The notes: a model not told the origin generated them from the sequence alone. Shown: positions 19,961 through 29,068, numbered from the stretch's first letter. The stretch: 31,099 bases of DNA from Campylobacterota bacterium (GCA_034661055.1 JAYEKO010000077.1:1-31099); one strand, 5' to 3'. A program made the numbers and translations.

Positions 19961-21427
19961 ATGACACAATTAAAAAACCCGACAGTAATAGTATTACTTC
20001 TTTTGGCTTTAGGGGCTGCTATCTACTTGGCAGTTCTAGAAGCTTATATTGGTACAGGTTTTCTTCTTATTGGTGCCGTTGCATCACTCCTGCTTTCTGG
20101 TAACTCTAGCATCGAGACATCATCTAACAGTTATGAGAACACTCTTAGAAGCAATATCTTAAACGTTGTAGAAGATGCTAACAACGGTAAGCTTAACAGC
20201 CGTATTAGCTTGGGCAAGAATGAGACAAGGTTAGAGCGTACGGCTTGGGCTATTAATGATATGCTTGACCAGATTGAAATTATCTTGCGTGAAGCACGCT
20301 ACACAATTGAGGGGGTTAGTAATGGCGAGATGTATCGCAGTATGTTCCCATCAGGACTAAAAGGTGACTTTGCACTGACAGCATCTACTTTAGGACGTGC
20401 TGTTAACTCCATGAAAGCCAATGCCCGTTATCAGCTTATGGGAGAGCTCTCAACAGAGTTTTCCAAACTCCATGGCGGTATTGGCGGGTCACTTGAAATC
20501 ATCACTACCGACATCGATAAAACCGATAGAACTTTTCAAGATGTCACTGTTAAAACATCCTCTTCAGCAGTCTCAGCAGAAGAGACCTACAGTGCTGTTG
20601 AACAGACTTCAGCACAAATTACAAACTTAAGTGAACTTATTGTTGAGACGGTGCACTCTATTGATCAGATGAATGGTAACGTAGGTGATATCACATCTAT
20701 TGTCAATCTTATTAAAGATATTGCAGATCAAACCAATCTTCTTGCGCTTAATGCCGCCATTGAAGCGGCACGAGCAGGTGAACATGGGCGTGGCTTTGCC
20801 GTCGTTGCCGATGAAGTCCGAAAACTAGCTGAACGTACTCAAAAAGCTACAGGTGAAATTACTATTACCATTCAAAACCTTCAACAGCAATCTTCAAGCA
20901 TGCAAGATAATGCCGAAACTATGAATGGTATTGCCGTTAATGCCAATGAGACAATGGATGAATTCCTCTCCACTATGAACAGTTTTAGTACCAATTTAAA
21001 TATTACTAAAGATATGTCAAACAGTAGCTCTTTAGCACTGCTTCTTACCACCTATAAGATTCATCATATTCTCTACAAATCAAAAAGCTACTCTGCTGTA
21101 GTTAACGGTACTGTAAGTGATGAACTATTTGTCGATGCCAAAACATGTGGATTTGGAAAATGGTACTACTCTATAGGTGAGAAATATTTTGGAAAAAATA
21201 GTACATTTAAGCAGATGGAAGCACATCACATTACAATTTACAAGCAAATTGAAGAAAATTTGCAGTGCATTAAGACAAGTGGATGTGCCTCTAAAGGTGA
21301 TGGTAAAGAGGTCATTATTGCACGATTTGCCAAAGCTGAAGAGCATAGTCTTAAACTCTTTGAATTAATGGATCAACTAGTCTCTGAAGTTGGTTCTGAA
21401 ATTAGTATGCAAGAGATGTTAAGCTAA
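19961..21427 (+). CDS. Methyl-accepting chemotaxis protein with N-terminal membrane hairpin and C-terminal CZB-like domain (CetA-like)
   Basis: [38 protein letters not shown] signalling tip. C-terminal HHILYK..CGFGKWY..HH. Confidence 0.93.
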   Translation: MTQLKNPTVIVLLLLALGAAIYLAVLEAYIGTGFLLIGAVASLLLSGNSSIETSSNSYENTLRSNILNVVEDANNGKLNSRISLGKNETRLERTAWAINDMLDQIEIILREARYTIEGVSNGEMYRSMFPSGLKGDFALTASTLGRAVNSMKANARYQLMGELSTEFSKLHGGIGGSLEIITTDIDKTDRTFQDVTVKTSSSAVSAEETYSAVEQTSAQITNLSELIVETVHSIDQMNGNVGDITSIVNLIKDIADQTNLLALNAAIEAARAGEHGRGFAVVADEVRKLAERTQKATGEITITIQNLQQQSSSMQDNAETMNGIAVNANETMDEFLSTMNSFSTNLNITKDMSNSSSLALLLTTYKIHHILYKSKSYSAVVNGTVSDELFVDAKTCGFGKWYYSIGEKYFGKNSTFKQMEAHHITIYKQIEENLQCIKTSGCASKGDGKEVIIARFAKAEEHSLKLFELMDQLVSEVGSEISMQEMLS

Positions 21428-21551
21428 AAAATAGATCTTATTAAAGCCATCCTATAAAGAATAGCTTAAACAAGGACTAAAAAGTAAAAAAGACATACTT
21501 TCTCTAGTAGCAATAAGATTTCAAAGAACTTTAGCAGTTAAAACTGCTTTA

Positions 21552-21633
21552 GTTTCATCTTTTGAGCACTTGAATTTATATAGTGAACTATATAGCTTAA
21601 GTAAGTGTTTTAAAGATGAAACCTAGTTTCGTC
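21552..21633. repeat. Long imperfect hairpin in the downstream non-coding end of the IS110
   Basis: GTTTCATCTTT (21552-21562) pairs with AAAGATGAAAC (21612-21622). The stem continues with GAGCACTT/AAGTGTTT and an inner TATATAGT-GA-ACTATATA. Confidence 0.8.
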
Positions 21634-21676
21634 ACAAATTAAAAATACTAATGCCAACAATTAAGTTTAATAGTTG

Positions 21677-21692
21677 GACTAAAGTGTTATTA
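21677..21692 (+). repeat. 16-bp perfect inverted repeat, copy 1
   Basis: GACTAAAGTGTTATTA is the exact reverse complement of 23198-23213. Confidence 0.95.
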
Positions 21693-21725
21693 ATGGGTTA
21701 TTTCACATTACATTGTTAATCAAAT

Positions 21726-22988
21726 TTAATGACTTAAACTAGCCTGTGTATTAAATACACGAGCTGGGTTGTATGGTGTATTATTTTTATAGATAGAGTA
21801 GACAATCATTGCTAGTTTCCTAGCAACAACAATTACACACTCTTTGGGTGCACGACCAGATGATTTCTTATCAAGATAAATCTTGTGAAGTTCATCATTA
21901 TGTCTTACACACGCAATAGCAGCCTGATAAATAGCAAGCTTTGCTAACTTTGCACCTCTCTTTGCTAACCTACCATATTTGGTAGTGTTACCTGATTGAT
22001 GCAAGGTTGGATAGAGTCCTAAAAAACCTATAAAAGCTTGACCTGAACGGAATCTAGATATATCTCCACACTCGCTAAGAACAGCAAATATAGTTTTATC
22101 TGCCACTCCATCGATAGAGCGAAGATTATCTACTAAATCAGCAATATAAATCTCTTCATCTTCAGAGATAGAAGTTGATACTGCCTGTGCAGATTCATTG
22201 AGTAAAGTAAACATCTGAGATTCACACGCTTCAATCTCCTCTTTTAAGAATCTAATTCTTCTAAGGTTAGAAAGAATTACATAGGCTCTCTCATCACTGG
22301 CATTACCTTGATAGATAGTAAGTCTTGCAAGGTCTAATAAATCACTTGCTTTTTGCAAATTGAAATTATTACCCTTGATATTTCTAAAGACTTTTAATAT
22401 TCTATCAGCACTAGCACCTTTATAGTGTTTAGCTGTAGGATATTTCTCAAGTAGAGCCATCCCAGATACACTAAATGGATCTCTGATAATCTGCTCAAAC
22501 TCAGGAAATACAACAACAAGTGTTGTACTTACCTGTCTCTTTGCAGATTTCATCTCTTGCATCAGTGTAGCTTTATGACGATAAAGTGACTTTATAGATT
22601 GATAAAGCTCTTCTGAAACATAAGCCTCAGAGTATCTACCACTCTTTAATAGTGCTGCTATCATCTGTGAATCGATATTATCGTTCTTTACATACTTCAT
22701 GGTATCCATCTCTCTAAACTTTGTAGTTTGGTACGGATTTAATAATACCACATTGTAACCTTGTTTTTGAAGAAACAGATACAAGTTCTCAAACAGAGTA
22801 CCTGTAGCTTCAAGCCCAATAATGAACTTTGAGTTGTCTTGGTCTATATTTATAAGAAGTGAATTCAAGTGAGAATACTCAGATATTTCAGATTCTATTC
22901 TAAAGTTTTTAACTAGATATTTATTCGAATCATCTAGTACACAAGCTATATGAAATTGCTTTGCTACATCTATACCTACATAATACAT
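21726..22988 (-). CDS. IS110-family recombinase/transposase
   Basis: RuvC-like DEDD residues (GIDV, LEATG, KNDNID), long helical linker, SIDGV, GLYP..HQSG catalytic serine, VARKL. Confidence 0.97.
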   Translation of the reverse strand: MYYVGIDVAKQFHIACVLDDSNKYLVKNFRIESEISEYSHLNSLLINIDQDNSKFIIGLEATGTLFENLYLFLQKQGYNVVLLNPYQTTKFREMDTMKYVKNDNIDSQMIAALLKSGRYSEAYVSEELYQSIKSLYRHKATLMQEMKSAKRQVSTTLVVVFPEFEQIIRDPFSVSGMALLEKYPTAKHYKGASADRILKVFRNIKGNNFNLQKASDLLDLARLTIYQGNASDERAYVILSNLRRIRFLKEEIEACESQMFTLLNESAQAVSTSISEDEEIYIADLVDNLRSIDGVADKTIFAVLSECGDISRFRSGQAFIGFLGLYPTLHQSGNTTKYGRLAKRGAKLAKLAIYQAAIACVRHNDELHKIYLDKKSSGRAPKECVIVVARKLAMIVYSIYKNNTPYNPARVFNTQASLSH

Positions 22989-23009
22989 CTTTTCAACCTT
23001 ACATTTAAG

Positions 23010-23260
23010 TGTTTAATTCTTCTTACAGCCTCATAACTATAGATAGTAAAAGCACAATGCTTCTCTATTGCATCCTATATGTAAGTTACTACAAACTAAA
23101 CGCTAAATGCTTTCCTAGATTATGATAATTCAATATCTAAATAAGGAGAAATGGTTAGTCTTTTTAATTTGATTAAACTGTAATGCCTCTAACTTAGTAA
23201 TAACACTTTAGTCTACTACTAAATTTGATTTTTACCTACTTGGTAGTGTAAATGGTTGGC
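23010..23260 (-). ncRNA. Putative bridge RNA in the IS110 upstream non-coding end
   Basis: 289-nt non-coding leader with TATAAT at 23268-23273 (minus strand) and several stem-loops. Segments at 23071-23079 and 23030-23035 match the two sides of the inferred circle junction. Boundaries approximate. Confidence 0.6.
23198..23213 (-). repeat. 16-bp perfect inverted repeat, copy 2
   Basis: TAATAACACTTTAGTC is the reverse complement of 21677-21692. Confidence 0.95.
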
Positions 23261-23285
23261 TATTTGTATTATATGAGGTTATGTT

Positions 23286-25211
23286 ATGAAAAAAGTATTA
23301 ATGTACTGCCTTGCGCTTCCACTGCTAGCAACAGCTTCTTCCATCGATTTTGAGGCAGATTTTTTGAGTTCACTTGATGAGGTCACTGAAATTGCCACCA
23401 AAACAAAACTCAACATTGATGATGCCCCTGCGTTTGTCACAGTCTTACAGCAGAACAAGCTTCTTAATCTTGGTGCAAATACTATCTATGATGCTTTAGC
23501 CTATGTTCCTGGTGTACAACTCTCTATGGAGAGTTCAGGAGTACCCGTTGTCATCTTTAGAGGAGTAACTCAAAAAGGTGAAGTGAAACTGATGATAGAT
23601 GGCGTAAGCATTAATAACGCCTATCGTGGTTCAATCTATTACTATCTTGATTTTCCAATTGAGTTAATTGAACGCATCGAGGTCATACGCGGACCAGGAT
23701 CGGTACTGTATGGCTCCAACGCCATTAGCGGTGTTATTAATGTAGTTACCAAAAACAGTGATGATAGCGAAAACAGCTCACTGTTTGCTTCTGCCGGAAG
23801 CTTTAATAGTTATAGAGCTGGTGGACATATTGCACATAATCTTGAAAACGTTCATCTTTCACTTGATGCCTACTATCAAAATGGCAATAAACACATCTAT
23901 GGTGGACCTGATAAAGCGGAACACTATGGAAAAAGTGATCAGAGCTTGGAGGATTACTCTATTGGTCTGCATCTAAAAAGTGGCGCATTTGAACTAATGT
24001 CTCGTCTTAAAAACTCAACAGCTGGTATGGCCTTTGGTGTCGGGAACTATTTTGAGAGTCAAAATGACTTAGGTGGAAATCAGAACCAATCGCTCTTTGC
24101 AAAAATTAAATATACTGCACTCTTAGACAACTCAAATGAGCTAGAAGCTGCACTGACATATAATCAATACTCTTCACAGGTTGAGACACGTTTTGCACCA
24201 CTTAGTGATGATGTTGACGTTCTCTATTTTTCCGACTATCAAGAGAGGTCACAAGAGCTTGATTTGACCCTACACAATAACAGCTTGAATGACCATGCCA
24301 TTATTCTTGGAGCTGAATATAAAAATATTGATGCCACTAAAACAGCTCTAAACGTACAAAATCATCCACAACTTGACCCAGATAATCTGATTAAACCTGA
24401 CGTATCACGCCAAATATATTCACTCTTTATTAATGACCAATTTACTCTTTCTCAAAACAGTAATATTGTTGCTGGTATCCGTTATGATAACTACTCTGAT
24501 TATGGAGGCAGCCTCTCTCCACGTTTAGCCTTGGTACACAAATATAGTAATAGCATTCACTTTAAAGCAATGTATTCGCGATCGTTTAGAGCACCATCAT
24601 GGATAGAACTCTACGCAGAAATACCCGGTGTATCAAAAGGTAATGAACATTTAAAAGCTGAAACGTCCGATACTCTTGAAGTCGGATTAATCCATAAAAG
24701 TAGCAAACATACGCTTCGCCTTAATGCCTTTATATCTCAAATTGACAATATGATTTATAAAGAGGGAGTCAATTATGTACAAAACAGCTCTAACAATCTT
24801 TATGGAGCAGAGTTAGAGTGGCAACATATTTTCTCTACTGATACATCAATGGATATAATCGGAAGTTATGTGGATGTTGAGGACAAAAATAGCCATACCA
24901 CTCCAAACTATGCCAACATCTTAACGACAGCATCACTCTCGCATCTCTTTGCATTTAACATACAGTCCTACTCATCACTGCACTATACCTCTAGCATTAA
25001 TAGAGCACAGAGCGATATACGCAATGATATGGACGCTACCGTCACCTTTGATCAATCATTTAGCTATACTGCTGATACAGTTACTCTTGTTGCAAGTGTT
25101 AAAAATCTTTTTAATGAAGAGCTTTTCTATGCAGCATTTCCCAATACCTATGTCAATGACTACCCAGCCGCTGGACGTACAGTGACTTTTAAAATGCTAT
25201 GGAGTTTTTAG
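23286..25211 (+). CDS. TonB-dependent receptor (signalling-associated type)
   Basis: Signal peptide, plug motifs (ATKT..DAPAFVTV, IERIEVIRGPGSVLYG, GVINVVTK), FRAPS, VKNLFNE and C-terminal F. Confidence 0.92.
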   Translation: MKKVLMYCLALPLLATASSIDFEADFLSSLDEVTEIATKTKLNIDDAPAFVTVLQQNKLLNLGANTIYDALAYVPGVQLSMESSGVPVVIFRGVTQKGEVKLMIDGVSINNAYRGSIYYYLDFPIELIERIEVIRGPGSVLYGSNAISGVINVVTKNSDDSENSSLFASAGSFNSYRAGGHIAHNLENVHLSLDAYYQNGNKHIYGGPDKAEHYGKSDQSLEDYSIGLHLKSGAFELMSRLKNSTAGMAFGVGNYFESQNDLGGNQNQSLFAKIKYTALLDNSNELEAALTYNQYSSQVETRFAPLSDDVDVLYFSDYQERSQELDLTLHNNSLNDHAIILGAEYKNIDATKTALNVQNHPQLDPDNLIKPDVSRQIYSLFINDQFTLSQNSNIVAGIRYDNYSDYGGSLSPRLALVHKYSNSIHFKAMYSRSFRAPSWIELYAEIPGVSKGNEHLKAETSDTLEVGLIHKSSKHTLRLNAFISQIDNMIYKEGVNYVQNSSNNLYGAELEWQHIFSTDTSMDIIGSYVDVEDKNSHTTPNYANILTTASLSHLFAFNIQSYSSLHYTSSINRAQSDIRNDMDATVTFDQSFSYTADTVTLVASVKNLFNEELFYAAFPNTYVNDYPAAGRTVTFKMLWSF

Positions 25212-25805
25212 ATGAAGAGCTTACTAATATTTTCCCTACTATCATTCACACTTTATGCATCTGAAATTAACACATCGCTTCTCAAAGTACACGCAACACT
25301 CTTTCCAAAAACAGTACTAATGGACTACAATTTTAAGAAAAAACTATATAATAATAAGCTTGTACTTGCACTCATCTATGAGGAGCACGACAAGGCATCT
25401 GCACTACTTCTAAAGAAGAAAATTGAAGCAAAATATCAACATAATATTTATGATATTTCTCTTAAAATAATACTAAGTAGCTATAAAAAGAGCATAAAAA
25501 CAGGACTTAAAGCAAGTTCTTATTATCTCTTTCCATCCAGCAAGAAACATATTAAATCTTTAGTCACTTTAGCAACACAAAACAGTTCAATGACTTTTAC
25601 TTACCGCAATGAAGATCTTCAATATGGGGCAATGATATCAACAGAAATTTCGACACGAGTCAAACCTGTTATTAATATTGATGCACTTAAACGCGATGCT
25701 ATCTCACTACGCCCCATACTGTTAAAAATTTCAGAAATATACTACCAGGGTAATAGTATTAATATACTAGAATATAATGATAAATTCAAACTCTATTACG
25801 TTTAA
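25212..25805 (+). CDS. Periplasmic protein, probable YfiR/DUF4154-like
   Basis: Signal peptide. C-terminal pattern PVINIDALKRDAISLRPILLKIS resembles YfiR-family C-termini. Lies between a TonB receptor and a membrane GGDEF-EAL gene. Confidence 0.6.
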   Translation: MKSLLIFSLLSFTLYASEINTSLLKVHATLFPKTVLMDYNFKKKLYNNKLVLALIYEEHDKASALLLKKKIEAKYQHNIYDISLKIILSSYKKSIKTGLKASSYYLFPSSKKHIKSLVTLATQNSSMTFTYRNEDLQYGAMISTEISTRVKPVINIDALKRDAISLRPILLKISEIYYQGNSINILEYNDKFKLYYV

Positions 25806-28140
25806 GGTATCGACTCTACTCGTTGTTATCTCGGCTATCTTTATTTTACTGACGACTTTAGTAAGTCGGCATCTTTTTATAAGTGGCTATGAGAGTATGG
25901 AACATGAAAAACTCAACTATATTATGCACAGCATCTCTCCCTCTTTAGCATTAAACTTAAGCTATGGTTTTAATGAGGCGGTTACAGAGCTTGGAAATGA
26001 ACTCATTGCCCATAAGCATATTGTACATGTACAGATATTACCGCATCAAAGTGATGCTATTCATTTTGGAATTAGCATACAAGACACCAAAGAGCACTTC
26101 ACACAAGAGATGACTCTGCACGATCCTGCCACTAAAAAATCTATAGCAACATTTAAAGTATTTTACTCTAAAAAGTATTTTCACCAACTCATGCAAGAGT
26201 TTTACATTCTCATATCTATCTCTATTTTTTTATATATTATTGCTCTTACTATTCTTATTCTCTTTTTATTAAAATCTTTAAAACCATTAGGTTTATTGGC
26301 CAATATGATGAACCATTTCAACCCTAAAAACCCCAAAACATTTCACCTACCTTTTAATACTAAAGATGAGATATCTTCCATTGGAATGTCTGCCAACAGC
26401 ATGGTAGCTAGTGCTAGAAACTATCTATCTACGATGCAAGAACTAAATAAAAAACTCTATCAAAATGAGGCACATCTTAAAGAAGCACAACGTATGGCTC
26501 ATGTTGGAAGCTGGGAGTACAATATAAGCAATAATACTCTAGAACTTAGTGCCGAAATGTATAGAATTTTAGCCCTAAAATCCAATACTGTTTTAACTTG
26601 GGATGAATTTTTAGACTATATCTCTAGCTCAGATAAATTACATGTAAATAATACTCTAATATATGCGATTGAACATGGTAGCACTTTTGAATTAAAATAT
26701 AGTATTGTGCTAAAAAACAGCAACCTTGTCTATATACACACTAGAGGTAAAGTTAGGAAAAAAGAGGCAGGCCATAGTAGAATGGCTGCTATAAGTATGG
26801 ATGTCACCGCTGAACATACAGACAAAAAAACTATTGAACAGCTTGCTTTTTATGATCCGTTGACTAAACTACCAAATCGAACACTCTTAAATGATAGATT
26901 ATCAGAAGCTATCAGTAATGCAAAGCGTCATAAGAAAAAAATAGCCCTCCTGTTTTTAGATTTAGATCACTTTAAAAATATTAATGATACTCTTGGTCAC
27001 GATACAGGAGACAGTTTACTCATTCATATCTCAAAGCTTCTAAAAAATGAGGTACGCGAATCTGACACTCTATCTCGAATTGGTGGTGATGAATTTGTCA
27101 TACTGCTGACTGATATTAAAAGTCATGATGATGCCCTTGTTGTTACTCAAAAGCTTATTAGGTCACTCCATGGTCAACATAAAATAGATCAACATCTCAT
27201 GTATATTACTACTAGTATTGGCGTAGCAATGTATCCAGATCATGGTGAAAACTACTATGAACTTATTAAACATGCCGATACTGCTATGTACGCTGCAAAA
27301 GAGGATGGTCGCAATACTGCTATGCTCTTTACCAAGCAGATGAGTCAAGACATTAGCAAACGAAGAGTATTGGAAAATGATATACAGCTTATGGAAGGAG
27401 ACTATGAGCAGTTTGAACTCTATTACCAACCAAAAATTGATGCCAAATCCAATAAGTTACTTCACGTTGAAGCGCTAATACGATGGAGACACCCAACAAA
27501 AGGTCTTATATTTCCAGACGAGTTTATCCATATTTTGGAGGAGAGTGGGCTTATCTTAAAAGTAGGCGAATGGATTATAGAGAGCTGTTTTAAACAGATA
27601 GTATCTTGGAGACAGAACAATATGGAGTTGCAAGTTGCCATCAACCTTTCTGCCGCTCAATTTCAAGATTATAACCTTATTAAACTCACCACATCACTGT
27701 TAGAAAAATATAGTATTAATCCATTACTCATAGAATTTGAAATTACTGAGAACATCTCTATTAATAATGTTCAAGAGAGCCTTCGAATTATGCAAGCTAT
27801 AAAATCTCTCGGTATCTGTATCACTTTAGATGACTTTGGTACAGGCTACTCTTCACTCTCTTATTTAAAACAGTTCCCAATTGATGTCATTAAAATTGAC
27901 AAATCTTTTGTAATGAATATGCATGATAACCATGATGACTTTACCATTGTAAAAACCATCATTAACATGGCACAATCACTCAATTTTAAAACAGTTGCTG
28001 AAGGAGTTGAAACGACACAGCATGCTAAGCTTTTAAAAGAGTTACATTGTGATATGCTACAGGGATATTTTTATGCCAAACCTCTGCCTGTTCCAGAATT
28101 TAACAATTATTATAATAATTTTCTAAATCAAAATGAATAA
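25777..28140 (+). CDS. Membrane-bound HAMP-PAS-GGDEF-EAL protein
   Basis: Two TM helices, HAMP (KPL..DEI), PAS (EAQRMAHVGSWE), RESD..GGDEF, EALIRW, DDFGTGYSS, AEGVET. Confidence 0.95.
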   Translation: MINSNSITFKVSTLLVVISAIFILLTTLVSRHLFISGYESMEHEKLNYIMHSISPSLALNLSYGFNEAVTELGNELIAHKHIVHVQILPHQSDAIHFGISIQDTKEHFTQEMTLHDPATKKSIATFKVFYSKKYFHQLMQEFYILISISIFLYIIALTILILFLLKSLKPLGLLANMMNHFNPKNPKTFHLPFNTKDEISSIGMSANSMVASARNYLSTMQELNKKLYQNEAHLKEAQRMAHVGSWEYNISNNTLELSAEMYRILALKSNTVLTWDEFLDYISSSDKLHVNNTLIYAIEHGSTFELKYSIVLKNSNLVYIHTRGKVRKKEAGHSRMAAISMDVTAEHTDKKTIEQLAFYDPLTKLPNRTLLNDRLSEAISNAKRHKKKIALLFLDLDHFKNINDTLGHDTGDSLLIHISKLLKNEVRESDTLSRIGGDEFVILLTDIKSHDDALVVTQKLIRSLHGQHKIDQHLMYITTSIGVAMYPDHGENYYELIKHADTAMYAAKEDGRNTAMLFTKQMSQDISKRRVLENDIQLMEGDYEQFELYYQPKIDAKSNKLLHVEALIRWRHPTKGLIFPDEFIHILEESGLILKVGEWIIESCFKQIVSWRQNNMELQVAINLSAAQFQDYNLIKLTTSLLEKYSINPLLIEFEITENISINNVQESLRIMQAIKSLGICITLDDFGTGYSSLSYLKQFPIDVIKIDKSFVMNMHDNHDDFTIVKTIINMAQSLNFKTVAEGVETTQHAKLLKELHCDMLQGYFYAKPLPVPEFNNYYNNFLNQNE

Positions 28141-28597
28141 CTTTTACAACATACTAGACAGGCATTGGCTCTGGAAAGAGGTACGCTCAAAACTTCATTT
28201 GAGCAATCCAGCTTACACTTACTGGCCTAACACCAAGCACATTAAACTTAACCGTTATGTCTTTTTAGAAAAAGAGACTTTACCAGAAAAATATTTACAT
28301 GTAGAACCTATCTTAACAGACCTTTCAGGCTTTTTACCAACACAGTACGCTTCGCAGCAGCTTACTACTGACGCACATATTTTTAACACCAAGCAGATGC
28401 GACTTTACAGTAAGTTTGAATACAAATTTGTAGATAATATTAAATTTGTCAATATAAAAAGATTTTTTTTAGAGCATGGAATTTATGTGAAAAAAAATAG
28501 CCTAATTCAACTTGCAAAATTAAAAGATTTAGATATTAGCGAAGAGTGTCGCTTTTACCGTATTGATGACGACTATGGTGTCGTTGTGTATGATTAA
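28133..28597 (+). CDS. Hypothetical soluble protein (resembles the Campylobacterota family labelled 'cysteine permease')
   Basis: 154-aa ORF overlapping the upstream stop. The SNPAYTYW and TDLSG pattern is recalled from that family. No hydrophobic helix. Confidence 0.6.
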   Translation: MNNFYNILDRHWLWKEVRSKLHLSNPAYTYWPNTKHIKLNRYVFLEKETLPEKYLHVEPILTDLSGFLPTQYASQQLTTDAHIFNTKQMRLYSKFEYKFVDNIKFVNIKRFFLEHGIYVKKNSLIQLAKLKDLDISEECRFYRIDDDYGVVVYD

Positions 28598-28666
28598 ACC
28601 AAAATTTTTAAATATATAAGTAATTAATATTATATTAATCATTTTATATCCATGATTGTACAATAG

Positions 28667-28999
28667 ATAAAACAAAACTCAAAAGGTGATAATATTTTTA
28701 CAAAGCCTGAGAAACTTTACCTAAATAATACAAATCTTAATAGTTCATATTGTAGCAAAAGTGATATAGGCACCATAAGGGAGCAATTTTTTGTAAATCA
28801 AGTATCTCAAAATCACGATATACACTATTCAAAAAAAGGTGATTTTTTAGTAGATGAAAAGTATATAGTAGAAGTTGGTGGAAAAAATAAAAATTATAAA
28901 CAGATACAAGATATAAAAAATAGCTTTATTGTCTCAGATGATATAGAGATAGGAAATAAAAATAAAATACCTTTATGGTTATTTGGGTTTTTGTATTAA
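28667..28999 (+). pseudogene. C-terminal fragment of an AAA_14-type ATPase (not in ORF track)
   Basis: Frame without a start codon reads KGDNIFTKPEKLYLNNTNL..GTIREQFF..KGDFLVDEKYIVEVGGKNK..KIPLWLFGFLY*. In-frame TAG at 28664. No Walker motifs upstream. Confidence 0.8.
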
Positions 29000-29068
29000 C
29001 TAAGGGGTCTAGAACAGATGTCCCATCTTATCTTTGATTTTAACGGTGCAGTTAGTATGATTAGGCCT

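Larger units (their letters stand above)
21445..23277 (-). mobile_element. IS110-family insertion sequence (inferred ends, about 1.83 kb)
   Basis: Transposase plus two non-coding ends. AG (CT on the element strand) core dinucleotide at 21445-21446 and 23276-23277. Short sub-terminal inverted repeat AATAGC (21460-21465) / GCTATT (23259-23264). Removing the element restores a compact intergenic region with an RBS. Element presence is certain, exact ends are inferred. Confidence 0.7.

Noticed and set aside
21552..21633. Hairpin as an integron attC site or a known riboswitch
   Set aside because: No clear RYYYAAC/GTTRRRY boxes, no integrase, and no aptamer consensus that I recognise.
23143..23198. 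AAGGAG RBS-like sequence plus ATG at 23151 on the plus strand inside the IS end
   Set aside because: It opens only a very short frame and is equally explained as one arm of a stem with TTTCCT at 23111-23116.
2476..27644. Short alternative-frame or antisense ORFs in the track (e.g. 2476-2670, 3646-3858, 5307-5720, 8838-9095, 11489-12151, 18786-19076, 20421-21368, 23758-25185, 27163-27644)
   Set aside because: They lie inside or almost wholly overlap well-supported genes and show no recognisable motifs, so they are treated as shadow ORFs.
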